DNA of 63,403 bases, filler included, from Globobulimina sp. (lineage: Eukaryota): assembly GCA_003354225.1 (NCBI GenBank). It is 20 parts of 20 records of this genome, joined end to end, with 100 filler letters (N's around TTAATTAATTAA, not from the genome) between each part and the next. Parts side by side here need not be neighbours in the genome. Positions count along the whole stretch, not along the records: positions 34,943 to 38,017 come from PIVH01003800.1; positions 38,118 to 41,191 come from PIVH01003801.1; positions 41,292 to 44,365 come from PIVH01003802.1; positions 44,466 to 47,539 come from PIVH01003803.1; positions 47,640 to 50,712 come from PIVH01003804.1; 15 more parts are not named here. One strand, written 5' to 3'. The position numbers and the translations under genes were made by a program. Shown one piece after another: positions 37,726-50,311 of the stretch (the stretch's first letter is position 1; each line of letters opens with the position of its first letter). Below the pieces are notes generated by a model that was given only the letters and a program-made list of their open reading frames with translations, was not told where the DNA came from and ran no database searches.

Positions 37726-38117
37726 GCATGACCGGTTAAGTATCGTATTTCCTGTATGAAGTATACGGTATTTATTTTCATTTTCTGTGGTGTAATCACT
37801 TTGGCCGTGACTAATCTCCGTGTCGATAGGGGATTGTTCTCCATGTAATCCGCGCCCGTCTTTATAATTATTAATTATTAAATGTAGATAATTTAAATTA
37901 ATTTGTAATTTGTCTCTTTGGGTCTCTGCTAGTTCTAAATCATATTCAGATTCAATTTTATTTAATTCTAATATGTGATTGTCATTTAAATAGCATATTC
38001 CATTTAGTTTTTGGTCANNNNNNNNNNNNNNNNNNNNNNNNNNNNNNNNNNNNNNNNNNNNTTAATTAATTAANNNNNNNNNNNNNNNNNNNNNNNNNNN
38101 NNNNNNNNNNNNNNNNN

Positions 38118-38271
38118 TTAATGTGTCAGATCTCTTAGAACATATCACTTGCATCCCTTTCATTTCTCGATTGGCGAATATATGCTCCACTCTCACTGTT
38201 GATATCCATTTGGTTTGATGAAACATTGATTGTCTACCAACACAACGAACAGCACGTAAGACTTGAAACAT
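38118..38271 (-). CDS. N-terminus of a probable mitochondrial protein
   Basis: MFQVLRAVRCVGRQSMFH resembles a targeting peptide; runs into the gap. Confidence 0.4.
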
Positions 38272-38597
38272 TTTGCTTAAACCAGAGATGCAATATTACA
38301 GCAAAAATGTCACGAGGTTTTGTTTAGCGGGGACTATTACAAATCACAAATCACAGAGCAATTTTGTTAAAATGAGTCCCTTCATATACAAAATACAATA
38401 TTAGGACTTAGGAGTACCATGTTGTTATAAAATCTGAAAATGTAATAAGATCAATTATTTTTTTGATTGTGTGTCATCTGGTTTTGATTTAGTTTTGTTT
38501 GTTTCGCCTTTTACAGTAAATCAACGTTATCAAATCAATTTTGACGTCAAATAATTGCTTTTTTTTCTTAAACAAAAACTAAAATTTCTTCTTCAAT

Positions 38598-39773
38598 ATG
38601 TATTTATTGAGTTTCTGTGGAAAGAAATATCAATTTGCGAAAAACATTGTTTTCCAACTGTTCATGCTACACATTTCTGTCGCGTTATGGTTATACAAAA
38701 TACTATGTAAACTGCTGGTTAAGTTTAACTATCTAGACAAGTCGTTGCTATTTCGCTTTTGCATTGATTATAATGGACTATTGCGGGATGAATCAATTCT
38801 CATTCTAAAAGACCAACAAATTGCCAAACTATCACAACAAAATGATTCATTAAAGAAACAACTATCAGTTGCACAAAATGAAATGAATGAATTCGAACAG
38901 CAAATTAAGAAATTATCATACAATCAACAACAATTCGAATCTGTAACAAATGAAAAGAATCAATGTCAACACAAACTAGAATTATCACGGCAACAAACAA
39001 CTGATTTGAATGAATCTAAATTGCTGCTAGTTTACGAAAGAAATAAATTAGAAAAAGATAAAGATTTGTTAAGCGAAGAAATCCGACACTTAAAAAGCAC
39101 ACAATTAGAAAATGAATATAAAAAACTAAATGATTACAAAAATGAAAATATGCAATACAAAGAAAGAATTTTAATGTTGGAAAAAAGCATTTTGTCATTA
39201 AAAATAGAGAATATTAACAATAAAAGAAAATTAAAGTTGCGAGACACAAGTCGCCAAATAGAAATTGCAATATCTGAAGGAGCCAAAGCGGAATCATTAT
39301 TATTATGTTGTAAAAGGGAAACAGTGAACAAGGATGGACAAGAAAAAGATTTTAGTTTTTTAAAATTTTTGCAAACAAACTTGAGTGACAAGGCAGTGAA
39401 TCAATTGTTTAGCAAATTTAAAAAAGATTCAATTGATGCAACACAATTATTGTCCTTATTAACTTTGACTGTTATTATATACAAAGTGAAATTACATCAA
39501 GTTCGAAGTGGCGATGCACAAAAACCAAAAATTGATTCAAATAAAATGAAAAAAATTGTTCAACATTTATCTGTTTATATAGTGATAAAATATGGCACAA
39601 AGAAGAGTGAGAAAGAAGAGATTTGTGTTAAGGATGATGATGGTCAAGAAATAAAAGGATACTTTTATGGATATCAATTTAGTGCTACAAAAAGTGAGTT
39701 TGCTTGCAATATATCTGCATGGATTAAGTCATACATCCAGGACCAAGGAAATATACACATACAAATGGAATAA
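38598..39773 (+). CDS. Coiled-coil protein (5' part of the ORF probably intronic)
   Basis: Long K/E/Q heptad region. Confidence 0.65.
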   Translation: MYLLSFCGKKYQFAKNIVFQLFMLHISVALWLYKILCKLLVKFNYLDKSLLFRFCIDYNGLLRDESILILKDQQIAKLSQQNDSLKKQLSVAQNEMNEFEQQIKKLSYNQQQFESVTNEKNQCQHKLELSRQQTTDLNESKLLLVYERNKLEKDKDLLSEEIRHLKSTQLENEYKKLNDYKNENMQYKERILMLEKSILSLKIENINNKRKLKLRDTSRQIEIAISEGAKAESLLLCCKRETVNKDGQEKDFSFLKFLQTNLSDKAVNQLFSKFKKDSIDATQLLSLLTLTVIIYKVKLHQVRSGDAQKPKIDSNKMKKIVQHLSVYIVIKYGTKKSEKEEICVKDDDGQEIKGYFYGYQFSATKSEFACNISAWIKSYIQDQGNIHIQME

Positions 39774-39815
39774 ACTTCAACAATAAACAATTAAATAAAC
39801 AATAGTCCTTAGTCA

Positions 39816-40700
39816 CTATTGAATAGTCTCGTAACCCATCAGTGTGACATTGCAATTCAAATTGGATACAATCAATGCATCATCATCATCATCGCTCTTA
39901 TCGTCTGTTGTTTTTTTTAATTCCGACTCATTAAATATATCCTGATAGCACGAAGGTACATTCTTAAATTGCACCCCCTCATTATTACTATTGGCACTGT
40001 TATGTCCCACTCCCATTAATGTCATTGCTGTCGGACTCGGACTGAGACTCTGACAATCATCATCTTGGCCTTTTTTGTTTTCATCCTCATCTGATTCATT
40101 GCAATTGCTAATGTTATTTTGTTTATCATGATTACAAACTTGTGCTATATACGAATTCCATTCAGATGAACCGACAGTACTTGTTGCTGTTGCTGCTGTT
40201 GTTGCTGTTGTTGTATTTATATTATAGTTATTATAATGCCATGGTTGTCGTTTTAAATGGGCATAAACGTCATCAATGTTAATTTCATTTTTTATTGGAT
40301 TTGGTTGTTTAGATTGTGATTTATTTGATGTTTGTGCTTTAATTTTAATATTTTCACTGGTTTTTGATAATAAATCTTGGCAAATTGTTCTATTAAATGT
40401 TAATATAATTTAATTTAATTTAAATATGATAATTGCAATACAACTAAACTGAAATTGAAACTCATCCACGTCTTCATTGAGGATGTTGCTAAGATCATAC
40501 CGAAGATTCGCTAAAATGTTACTGAATGTAACAATATCTGTATTTTCAATAAATTGAGTTGAATCAATTCCTTCCAATAAAACATTTTCCATGATTTGTT
40601 CAGGTAACTTTTCTTCCATTGTAGAACTATCACTGTGACTGTGTGGTTTATGTGATTGCGAAATGTTGGGTTGTTCTGCTTGGCTATGTTCATTGCTCAT
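39816..40700 (-). CDS. Hypothetical low-complexity protein, probably spliced near 40400-40450
   Basis: Two same-strand ORFs with an open frame across most of the interval. Confidence 0.45.
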
Positions 40701-41293
40701 AATATATTAATTAATAACAATAAAATAAAATAAAATAAAATTCCTCCTTGCTTAAAAGAATAAAGCTGACATTAAAAGTTGACAGTTTTCAGTTGAGGAC
40801 TGGTTTTATTTAACTTTCCAAAAAAGTACGCATCTTCTCTAGGAAAGTTTACACACATTGAACTACTATACATGTCTGCGGAGACTGCGGCCGCGCCTAC
40901 GACATTGCAAAACATTTATTTATTTAAGTTTTTTTTAACTTTCATCTAGTAAAGTATCTTAGAATAATGTCGCTCTGCGTTTGTGTCTTTTAGTCTTAGA
41001 TAACTTGCTTATCCATTAAACTCGATTCAATATACAAACACTGCTAATGCACAGTGTTCAAATATTTGGTGTGTTGCATACAAATGCATACAATAATAAT
41101 AATCTAATATATAATATATATTACAAATATTTATCAAAGAGTGGGATAATAAACCTCTTATTCACGGAATATTGATTGTAGTGAATTTATTNNNNNNNNN
41201 NNNNNNNNNNNNNNNNNNNNNNNNNNNNNNNNNNNTTAATTAATTAANNNNNNNNNNNNNNNNNNNNNNNNNNNNNNNNNNNNNNNNNNNNGC

Positions 41294-41437
41294 AGAGGGA
41301 AAGTATTGGGAACCGGGGATCCTTCGCGGAAAAAGAAACTGCTGAATGCGCAGAAAGAAGGTAAGAAGCGAATGAAGGAAATCGGGAAAGTTAAAATCCC
41401 GCAAGAAGCGTTTATGGAAGTGTTGAAAACAAAGTGA
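41294..41437 (+). CDS. GUF1: C-terminus of translation factor LepA/EF-4 (mitochondrial GUF1-like); not in the ORF track
   Basis: Manual translation: [40 protein letters not shown]. Confidence 0.9.
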   Translation, partial: RGKVLGTGDPSRKKKLLNAQKEGKKRMKEIGKVKIPQEAFMEVLKTK

Positions 41438-41850
41438 CGTGTTTGTTGCATGACTGTTGTACTTTATTTTGTTATTTAATTGCTGGTTTAATGAATCTCT
41501 TCTATCATAAAACATAAATTGTGAATAATATTAATTCTATGCTGGGTTGGCAACCAACAGAAATTTCTGGAAACTCTTCCTTTGTCATTAAAAAATGAAG
41601 AATACTATTCTCTAATTCGAAATTATTATTTATCTTTGTTTATGATGAATGCTATGCAGATTTTCATCTTTTGAGTGCATGTAAGAGTTAGTCATCTTTG
41701 AGGTGTAAATTTTGCAAAATAAATACATTCAAATTATAAGAAACAGCGAATAGCATTATATAAATTACTGATTCATTGTTTAAATTTTCATGCATTTTTA
41801 AATCACACTTTGGTTCAAACATTGTTGGCTTTGAGTCATTTTAAAATAAA

Positions 41851-43068
41851 TTAACGCCAAAGTAAACGTTTGGAATCCGAGAATTGATGACCATAATATT
41901 GAATACCTTTAACTTTCGCATTATAAATCGGCAATAAATGTTGAAATACGGTGTCTTGTGGCCAAAAATTACCTTTTTTCACCAATAATAAACAAATATA
42001 TATATTCTTATGCTTGCGACGCCATTTGTTCATATTTCCAATATACAGATCCAATGATTCAATACAATGACAAGTTATCCTCTTATTCCGCTTCGTTACA
42101 TAAACATCAAAATCATTGCATTGTGATAAATCATGCTGATTAAACGGCAAAATATCACCAATTGGAACATCAGCTTTATATAATTGATAATATGCAGCTA
42201 CTAAATCAATAATATCTGCAGGAAGTATATGCGCCGAATATATTTCACAATATCCATAAACCACTGTTCTTAACCCGCAAAATTGGATAATTGCATCGTT
42301 TAAAGCTGCTTCTTTCAGAAATGGATTAATAACGTTTGCTTCTGGAGGTTTATGGACGATGTCAGGTCTTGGTGTCAGAAAGCATCGTTCACAAAATACA
42401 TAAATTTTAGGATTCCGTTTGCCACAAAATTGGCACTGCCAACGATCAGCAAATTCATGGTTATAATCTGGGATAATTTCTTGTGTCATGTAAACTAAAG
42501 ATACTTCATTTTGATGTCGATAATATTTTCTTAATAATCGCGGCATTGCATGTTCATTTAATAACGGATTAACTTCAATTTTATTGTGTGGTAATCCAGT
42601 TTTTGCAGAAATGATTTTTTTAAAGCAAACAGGTGATATCTTATTCAGTAATATCGTTTTTTGTTTCTTGTTGTTTTTAAATGTTCTGCAGTTTGTATAT
42701 TTGATATATTTAGAAATAGTAATTTCTTGTGATTTTCTGGAATACGGATGACTGCAAATGGAACAAAATAAATGTTTTTCAATGTTTTTGTAACTGCAAA
42801 TCGGACAATGCCAAATTGGTATGTCCTGATATTGGTCCATATATGCATTAAAACCAGAATTATCAACTTCTAACTCATTTGGGGATGGATTTGGTGATAT
42901 TTCTAGGGATTCTGCAGCCAGATTTGTATTGATTGTATAGGCATTTTTATAGCAGATGCGTTGTTTTATGCGATTCTTGTTTGTATGTGGTGAGTGTTTG
43001 TTTTTCCATTTTTTTTGAACATGGACACTGTCGGATTTGTTTCTTCTGTTTGTATTCCTGCTTGGCAT
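41851..43068 (-). CDS. Protein with two RanBP2-type zinc fingers
   Basis: WHCPICSYKN...FCSIC and WQCQFCGKRN...FCERC; probable start MPSRN at 43068. Confidence 0.78.
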   Translation of the reverse strand: MPSRNTNRRNKSDSVHVQKKWKNKHSPHTNKNRIKQRICYKNAYTINTNLAAESLEISPNPSPNELEVDNSGFNAYMDQYQDIPIWHCPICSYKNIEKHLFCSICSHPYSRKSQEITISKYIKYTNCRTFKNNKKQKTILLNKISPVCFKKIISAKTGLPHNKIEVNPLLNEHAMPRLLRKYYRHQNEVSLVYMTQEIIPDYNHEFADRWQCQFCGKRNPKIYVFCERCFLTPRPDIVHKPPEANVINPFLKEAALNDAIIQFCGLRTVVYGYCEIYSAHILPADIIDLVAAYYQLYKADVPIGDILPFNQHDLSQCNDFDVYVTKRNKRITCHCIESLDLYIGNMNKWRRKHKNIYICLLLVKKGNFWPQDTVFQHLLPIYNAKVKGIQYYGHQFSDSKRLLWR

Positions 43069-43133
43069 ATTGTGCACGATATGTGACAAAAAAGTGAAAC
43101 AATGTTTTTTTAATCCTGCTTCAACCAAACAAC

Positions 43134-43961
43134 ATGGCGTCACCTAAAGAAGAAGAAACTAAAGATGACCACAATAAGCCATCAATAAATACAAGCAAGC
43201 AAACGATTGCCAACATTCAATTTAAACCAAGCGAGACTGACATCATTACAATTGAAGCAGATACAGACAAGTTATCAGCCATTGTACTCTGGCTTCATGG
43301 TTTAGGCGATCGTGGTGCGAGTTGGAAACAGTCACTTAGATCGATTGCAGCATCCTATCCTTACATAAAATGGATATTTCCAACAGCATCCACAGCGCCA
43401 GTTACATTTTACGGAGGATTCCGGTCAACGGCATGGCATAATATTGTATCATTACATAATTGGGAAGAAAATAAAGATTTTATAGGTCGTGATGTGACTG
43501 TTAATTTTATGAAACAAATAATTGAAAAAGAAATTGATGAAAACGAGAACATCACAGCAGACAGAATCTTGATTGGAGGGTTCAGCCAAGGCGGTGCAAC
43601 GGCATTGTTTACGGGGTTAACAGCTCAATTTACATTGGCTGGAATTGTGTGTTTAAGTGGATATTGTCCTGCATTGGATATCAAACAACATATAAATGAG
43701 AAGAATAAGGATATTCCGATATTAATGTATCATTGTAAAGAGGATGGAATTGTTGATTCTGAACTGTCCATTGTTGCCTATTCAACATTGACAAAAGAAT
43801 GTGGTGTTAATAATATACAATTGAAATTCAATGGGGCCCAACCATCGCATTATAATAATAATGGACATTGTACCACACCAAAGGAAATGAGAGATGTTGC
43901 AAAGTTCATTGCAAAGAGTTTACCATCCACTGGAGACTCTAGTTTCTGTATCTTGCTATAA
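43134..43961 (+). CDS. Acyl-protein thioesterase / lysophospholipase (APT1-like)
   Basis: WLHGLGD, WIFPTA, IGGFSQGG, Asp in KEDGIV, His in NGHC. Confidence 0.92.
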   Translation: MASPKEEETKDDHNKPSINTSKQTIANIQFKPSETDIITIEADTDKLSAIVLWLHGLGDRGASWKQSLRSIAASYPYIKWIFPTASTAPVTFYGGFRSTAWHNIVSLHNWEENKDFIGRDVTVNFMKQIIEKEIDENENITADRILIGGFSQGGATALFTGLTAQFTLAGIVCLSGYCPALDIKQHINEKNKDIPILMYHCKEDGIVDSELSIVAYSTLTKECGVNNIQLKFNGAQPSHYNNNGHCTTPKEMRDVAKFIAKSLPSTGDSSFCILL

Positions 43962-44069
43962 AAACGTACGTTTTTCAATATTTCAGTAAAATGATAAGAA
44001 TTTGCTTTGTTTGACACACGCATTCAAAACAACGCAAATCAACAACAATATATAGTAGCAAGAATTCAA

Positions 44070-44365
44070 TTTGTTGCTTCCTTCAAACACCCATTTCTAT
44101 CAAGTATTCCGTTCCCACAGTAACAATTGTTTTTTGTTTCAATGCAAATCCGCCCAAACCCACCATGGCCATTTCCAACTTTACAATCCCTATATGCAGC
44201 TCTGCTGACACCACCACAGACACTTACACATGATCTAATAATATTATATATAGAGCCCTCAGAGTCATTTGATTCATCAGAGTTATGATTGTAACCAAAT
44301 GGATTGAATATAAATTCTTTACATTGAATTAAAATACTGCCTCCAGATCCAGCTCCCCTCCAATA
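44070..44365 (-). CDS. Gly-rich protein C-terminal fragment (interrupted)
   Basis: GAGSGGSILI...GHGGFGRICI with an intervening stop. Confidence 0.35.
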
Positions 44366-44465
44366 NNNNNNNNNNNNNNNNNNNNNNNNNNNNNNNNNNN
44401 NNNNNNNNNTTAATTAATTAANNNNNNNNNNNNNNNNNNNNNNNNNNNNNNNNNNNNNNNNNNNN

Positions 44466-44891
44466 AGAACTTCTCAGCTGCCTTACTTTACGAGTTATGC
44501 GGTCTCGAAACGAAAATCGGTCAATTTCGCCTTAAACATATATCTTTGTTAAAATTATACAAAAATGTATTCCCTGGGGTTATTTTTTCAGTAGAATTCA
44601 TTTATGATATCGCCGTATCGCCCAGAACAACTCTCGAGCCGCTACTGATGGGTCTCGACACGAAAATAGGCCAATTTCGCCTTAAACATATATCTTTGAA
44701 AATTGGCCTATTTTTCATGTCGAGAGTTGTTCTGAGCGATATTGCGATATCATAAATGAATTCTACTGAAAAAATAACCCCAGGGAGTACATTTTTGTAT
44801 AATTTTAACAAAGATATATGTTTAAGGCGAAATTGACCGATTTTCGTTTCGAGACCGCATAACTCGTAAAGTAAGGCAGTTGAGAAGTTCT
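44466..44891. repeat. Long imperfect palindrome (arms ~165 bp) with an internal partial direct repeat
   Basis: 44466-~44630 is the reverse complement of ~44725-44891 with scattered mismatches; caatttcgccttaaacatatatctttg occurs twice on the + strand. Confidence 0.92.
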
Positions 44892-45354
44892 AGTTTACGC
44901 CATTCGATCCGGCGTAGCCGAATTAAGTTTTACTCGTGAATATTGCCCGCTTTTGGGCACGTTTTGAGCATTTTGGCTCGGAAAAACTGTTTTTTGCGTT
45001 TTTTGGCTATTTTTAGCTTTTTTAGGTTTAGAAAACCGTCCATAACTCGTCAGAGGTGCGTCGTAGGAATTTTTTTCATGAGATCAAAAATGGTCACCTT
45101 GACGAGAGGAATCGAATGGTGTACTTTGTCATATGATAGCGCCTCAGCAAAAAATGGTCATTTTTTTGGCTCTGTGCCAAAAAAATTTGCATATTTTAAA
45201 ATTTTTCAAAAATGCCAGATCTAAGTCGGCGTCAGTCAGGGGAACAACTTTGCTGTTGAACATTTGTTGCTAAAGTGAATTTCTAAAACAGGAAATTCGA
45301 AAAACCGCCACTGCCTTAACTTATTAGACAGACTTTAAATCTGGATTATTTTAG

Positions 45355-45779
45355 GGGATTCAGCTCATTTTGATCTCCTTCTTGGCTTAGGCTTACGACA
45401 ACATTTTGTCAAAACTGAAGTGGATAATGATGATTACCCATTCATCGAAACACCCAACAGTGGTTATGAAAAGTTCTTGCTCGATGAATTTGCAGACCAC
45501 ACCTCTTTACCTAGGAAACATGGTGATACTGCACATGACAATCGATTTGTTCACCAATTGTCAACAGCCAACATTTACAACGCATTGCATGATAATGTAT
45601 TGTTCAAAGATTATGATCAATATTATTTCAAAGGAATGACAAAAGCCGAAAAGGTTGAATTTGAATTAGCAAAGGTAAATTATTTTTTTTGTTTTTCTCG
45701 AAATTATTGAAATTATTGCACTTTCCAGACGTGCCAACTTAAAAATGCAAGAAAGAGAGGACGAAGAAAGAAAATTTGA
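45355..45779 (+). CDS. 3' exons of an unknown gene with a short intron (~45675-45729)
   Basis: AAG|GTAAAT...TTTCCAG intron; AATAAA downstream. Confidence 0.45.
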
Positions 45780-47639
45780 ACATTAATTATAAAATTTGTC
45801 ACTTATTTAGTCGAGATCTGTAATATTGTTTTATTTTGCTCAATTTACTCAATTTATGTTTTTACTTTATTCTTTGAATAAAAGGAATAAATTGCGATTG
45901 TGATTGTGAAACTTTTTGATTATATTTTCATCAAAAATTTAGCATTCTTTGTTAAATCTGAAGTGGTGCTCGAGCACCACTGGCACTCCCCTCTGGCTCC
46001 CTCCGGCCTTGCAAACGAGATAAGCATCGAAAGCGCCAATCAAATGTCTTTCTGTGAAATGTCAAAGTGGAACAATTTTATAACAATGTTACTACTATTA
46101 TAATTATATTACCAGGATTGGATTGAATTGACAATGTGTTATTGGCAAAACATATACAAACTATTTGAAACATTATTCAACATTTCAAATTCTTTGAGTA
46201 GTACAGTAGTAGATTAGACCAAATTAAAAACTCTCTTCGTGTTCGTGGAGCTACTTTCAGCACAATCCATTTCCGGTATTCATCACGATTATCTAGAAAT
46301 TCGTCAGGGGATCAGTCTCCGATTTAGAATATTTGGTAAGCTCGAGCCTAGAAATAACAAACTATCCTGAGATACCTATATGTTAGAAACTATCCTGACT
46401 ATCTATAGAGTGATGAATACTGGTTGGTACATATTTTGAATTGAGATGAAGAATGTTGCAAAACATATAGAAGTCTTGACAACGACAACGATAGACAATT
46501 TCTGGCAAATGATCATTGTTTTTGCATTTTTACTAGCCATAGCATAGAATTGAAGCGTAATTTTAGCAACCGATTCCTAGGTCAAATCTATGATGAACTC
46601 TCTTAAATATGAAACATTATCCAGCAATTGAATATTATACACATAATTTATCCAACCCGATGGCAGATTTGATGACAATCATTTACTCACTTCTCTCCTC
46701 AGTACAGTCATGCTAGTGTTTCTTGAAAATTGCAAGGTACTGTACACATAGCTTTTAACTACACTCAACGCTTAACCATGAGTTAACTTGCTTCGCGCAG
46801 AAGCTATAAATAAAGTGTCGAATAAGTTACTTTCAACATTTTGCTGCAATCACAACACACTCCTGCAACCTTGATGTTGTTTGTGGTGCCTTACGAGTTG
46901 TGAAGGTGACCTTAGGACCATGCCTTAGCGCCTTTGCCTTTTTGCATCATGCCATTTCGCATTGTGAAGCGAGCTTTATTGCTAGGATGGACGGCTTCAT
47001 GACCAGGAGATTAGCATGCTTTTTGATGAAGCAATAACGTGTGTTAACTGCTTTCATTCACCAACATTTAAAAACAAATAATTCAACATAACTATACCAA
47101 ACAACTGAGTCGCTGACTAGACCAATCTCCTCCTGAGCTCAGCGATTTTATGACTTTTGAGCCTAGGTTAGTTAGACACTCACTCAGTATCAAATGGAAA
47201 CAGAAGTAAGAGTAAAAAGGTGAGAAAGGAAAACAAGTTAAGTTTATTTGACACTGGTACGGTCGACTCGACAGAAAACAAAAATTGCATTGGATATGAC
47301 AAGTTGAGCAAAAACAAAGACAAAAAAATTACCTGAACTATATGGACAAGAATGCTGAGTTGCATCAATTAGTGTACAGTTGTGTGTGACAAACAAAAAT
47401 GCAGTTACAATAATATATCAATAATACAATTTGTATCTCAACATTTCTTTGATTGATATCCTTGAATTATTTCTTTGGCCGATACAAACTTCTCGTCGAT
47501 ACAAACCAATAATTCTCCCGTAAAACCTGGAAGGGACATNNNNNNNNNNNNNNNNNNNNNNNNNNNNNNNNNNNNNNNNNNNNTTAATTAATTAANNNNN
47601 NNNNNNNNNNNNNNNNNNNNNNNNNNNNNNNNNNNNNNN

Positions 47640-48887
47640 TTCAGCAATAACTTTTAATAAATGTCCAGTCACATTTATCCCTTTGAAACATAATATATCC
47701 AATGATTCCGATTGAAATTTATGACATAATGACAATTTATTTACGTATTCCAACAACTGTCCATTTAACTGCCTTTTCCATGCATTTTCAGCAAAGTCAT
47801 CGCCATTCTCACCGTCATCATATTGTTGCATCCACGTTTGATGATAATACACAGAATCCGGATCATAATGGCTTGCTTTATCATATTCGTCAATAAATAC
47901 ACAATATTCTATATTTACTGTCAGTAAATATTTATATTTCGCAAGTAATGACAATAACACATCTAAAGGCAATTGAATATATTGTTTTGTTAATGTCAAA
48001 TGTTTTATATTTATTGACCAACATTTTATTTCTGCGCGTAATGAAGCATTGCGGTTATAATCTATGCCATATTTAAAGTCGTTATTATCTTCATACTCAT
48101 AGTCGTAGTTTATGCTGTCGGCGTTACCAATATTAAGCTTTTGGTTTTTGTACAATATCCACTGTGATAAATATATAAATAGTTTTGATGGCAATTCTAA
48201 ATTGCTATCTTCAATGCATTCAGTTAACGATTCATTTTTAATCGTTAATGTTTCCAGTTTTGCAAATTTGAATAAATAATGTATTTGCAATGAATTATTA
48301 TGTTTTGTTAACAAATTACGAGAAGATATAATTAATGTTTTTAATGTTTGTTGAGACGCAATAAATTGATTCAATCGAATGATACGCGATGTGCTGATAT
48401 TTAAATGGAGTAATTTTAAATTATTAATAATAGAATTCATTATGTTTGGTGGTGGCGGGTAGTTTTTTAAGCTGATTAGGCGTGAATAACCAGACAGAGT
48501 TAATGTGTCAATAAGACATTGTTTCTGTCTGTTTTTAAGAGTGTTAATATCTGTGTAATACACATCGGTCAAATATTTATGTGCTCCGATTATTGTATGA
48601 AGTTTAAATTGCGATGATATTAATCTATTTATAACTGGATCACTTAGAATTAGTGATGTTGGCAATTTCCATGTTTTGAATTGATGATATTTTAGTATGC
48701 TTAGCATCTCTCTTATTTGAATCACAGAATATGATGTTTCCAGATCTGTTAAATCGATAATATGCTGGCTTTTCGATGATTGGTGACATATTTTGCAGAG
48801 AACAGAAAACACTGCCAACTCTGGTGTAGCAAGGTATGTTGAGATTTTGCAAAGCAATTCAAAGGGTGCTGATAATAACGCTGACAT
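47640..48887 (-). CDS. F-box/LRR-like protein, 3'-partial
   Basis: LLSAPFELLCKISTYL...SVLCK; LKTLII, LETLTI and IKHLTL repeats. Confidence 0.7.
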
Positions 48888-49174
48888 TCAGCTCGCTAAC
48901 AATTTTTTCAAGTAGTAGTGGTACAAAATTCAATCAGGACGTAATTTATAAGTCAGAATCCAAACTCACAGATTGCTGAAACAACCATGTGAGAGTAATA
49001 AAATGCTACCATATTTTAGTAAAACTATCCGCATTAAAAACACGGAAACGATAAATAATAATTATAGTTGTATTACTTTGTATAATTTCATAATTTTTTG
49101 ACAACGAAAAGTAAAAATTGTGAAAAGGAAATAATAATTAAAAAATTCCAAAATATAATTTTAAATGACGTGTT

Positions 49175-49882
49175 TTACAATATTTGACAACACACTTTGC
49201 CATTGGACTCATTTGAATTTTTTCCGATTGGTTTGGCTGATAAATTTGCAACTTTTTGATTTCTTTGTGATGGCGGTAACACCGAGGATGCATTTCCACC
49301 AATTTTTAAAGATATTATTTTTGCCATCTTATGAAATGCGACATCAATATTTTCATTCATTTTTGCAGATGTTTCGATATATTCAATGTTAAATTGATTA
49401 GCAAATGATTTTGCCTCATCATAATCAACAACTCTACGATCTGATAAATCTAATTTGTTTCCAATTATTAATAAGGAGACATTGTCCGATGCATAGCGAT
49501 CAATCTCATATAACCATTCACGGATATTAAGAAATGATTCTTTATCGGTTATATCATACACAATTATGATGCCATGTGCCCCGCGATAATATGATGTGGT
49601 GATTGTTCTAAACCTTTCCTGTCCGGCAGTGTCCCAGATTTGTAATTTTATGGTTTTATTGTTTAATTCGATAGTTCGTAATTTAAAATCGACGCCAATT
49701 GTTGTTATAAATGAAGTCTCATAGGAATCATCTGAAAATCGGACCATTACACTTGATTTACCAACACCTTTTATAATTTGCAGAAAATAATGCGGTGTAC
49801 AATGATGTGGATAAGGAAATTATATTGTACCTGAATCACCAACTAATAAAAATTTATAAAGATAATCATAGTCTGTCGACAT
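49175..49882 (-). CDS. RAB1: Rab1/Ypt1-like small GTPase, intron 49768-49830
   Basis: Spliced [42 protein letters not shown]-terminal CCQIL. Confidence 0.93.
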
Positions 49883-50311
49883 TTCTTGATTTGGAACTTA
49901 CAATGGATATGTATATATTACTTGGATTCTGCTAAAGAATGTGACGAAGAGACTGATGACTGTTGTCTGGGTTTTTGTTACAAAAAACTTCAACAAACAG
50001 AATACTGAAAAGCCGGTTTTATATAAAATCTGTTACGAATCACGATATAGAAAAAGTAAAAATTCAATCAATACACGTGCTACTGCAAGGTTAAGGATAG
50101 GAATATCCAGAACGCTTTCAGAATGTGGAAAGGATACTGTATGATATCACCAGAAAACATTGATACATATTTTATGATTGTGAGTGTCAAGACATTTTTG
50201 GTGTTGTTGTTCGGTGATGTAATGTTGGGAAATTTATGTTTTTGCAATTGTTTACGGTATAACTATAAATTACAAAATACACATACAATGTTAACATAAT
50301 GATTTATGAAT

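Noticed and set aside
43134-43143. Overlap of divergent genes as shown in the ORF track
   Set aside because: Depends on a GTG start; the first ATG is at 43068
44546-44811. Two near-identical ORFs (MLKLYKNV...) on opposite strands
   Set aside because: Produced by the palindrome; no coding signal
46000-47539. Possible RNA gene or LTR in the gene-free stretch
   Set aside because: No rRNA, tRNA, snoRNA or TG...CA/primer-binding-site signature could be recognised
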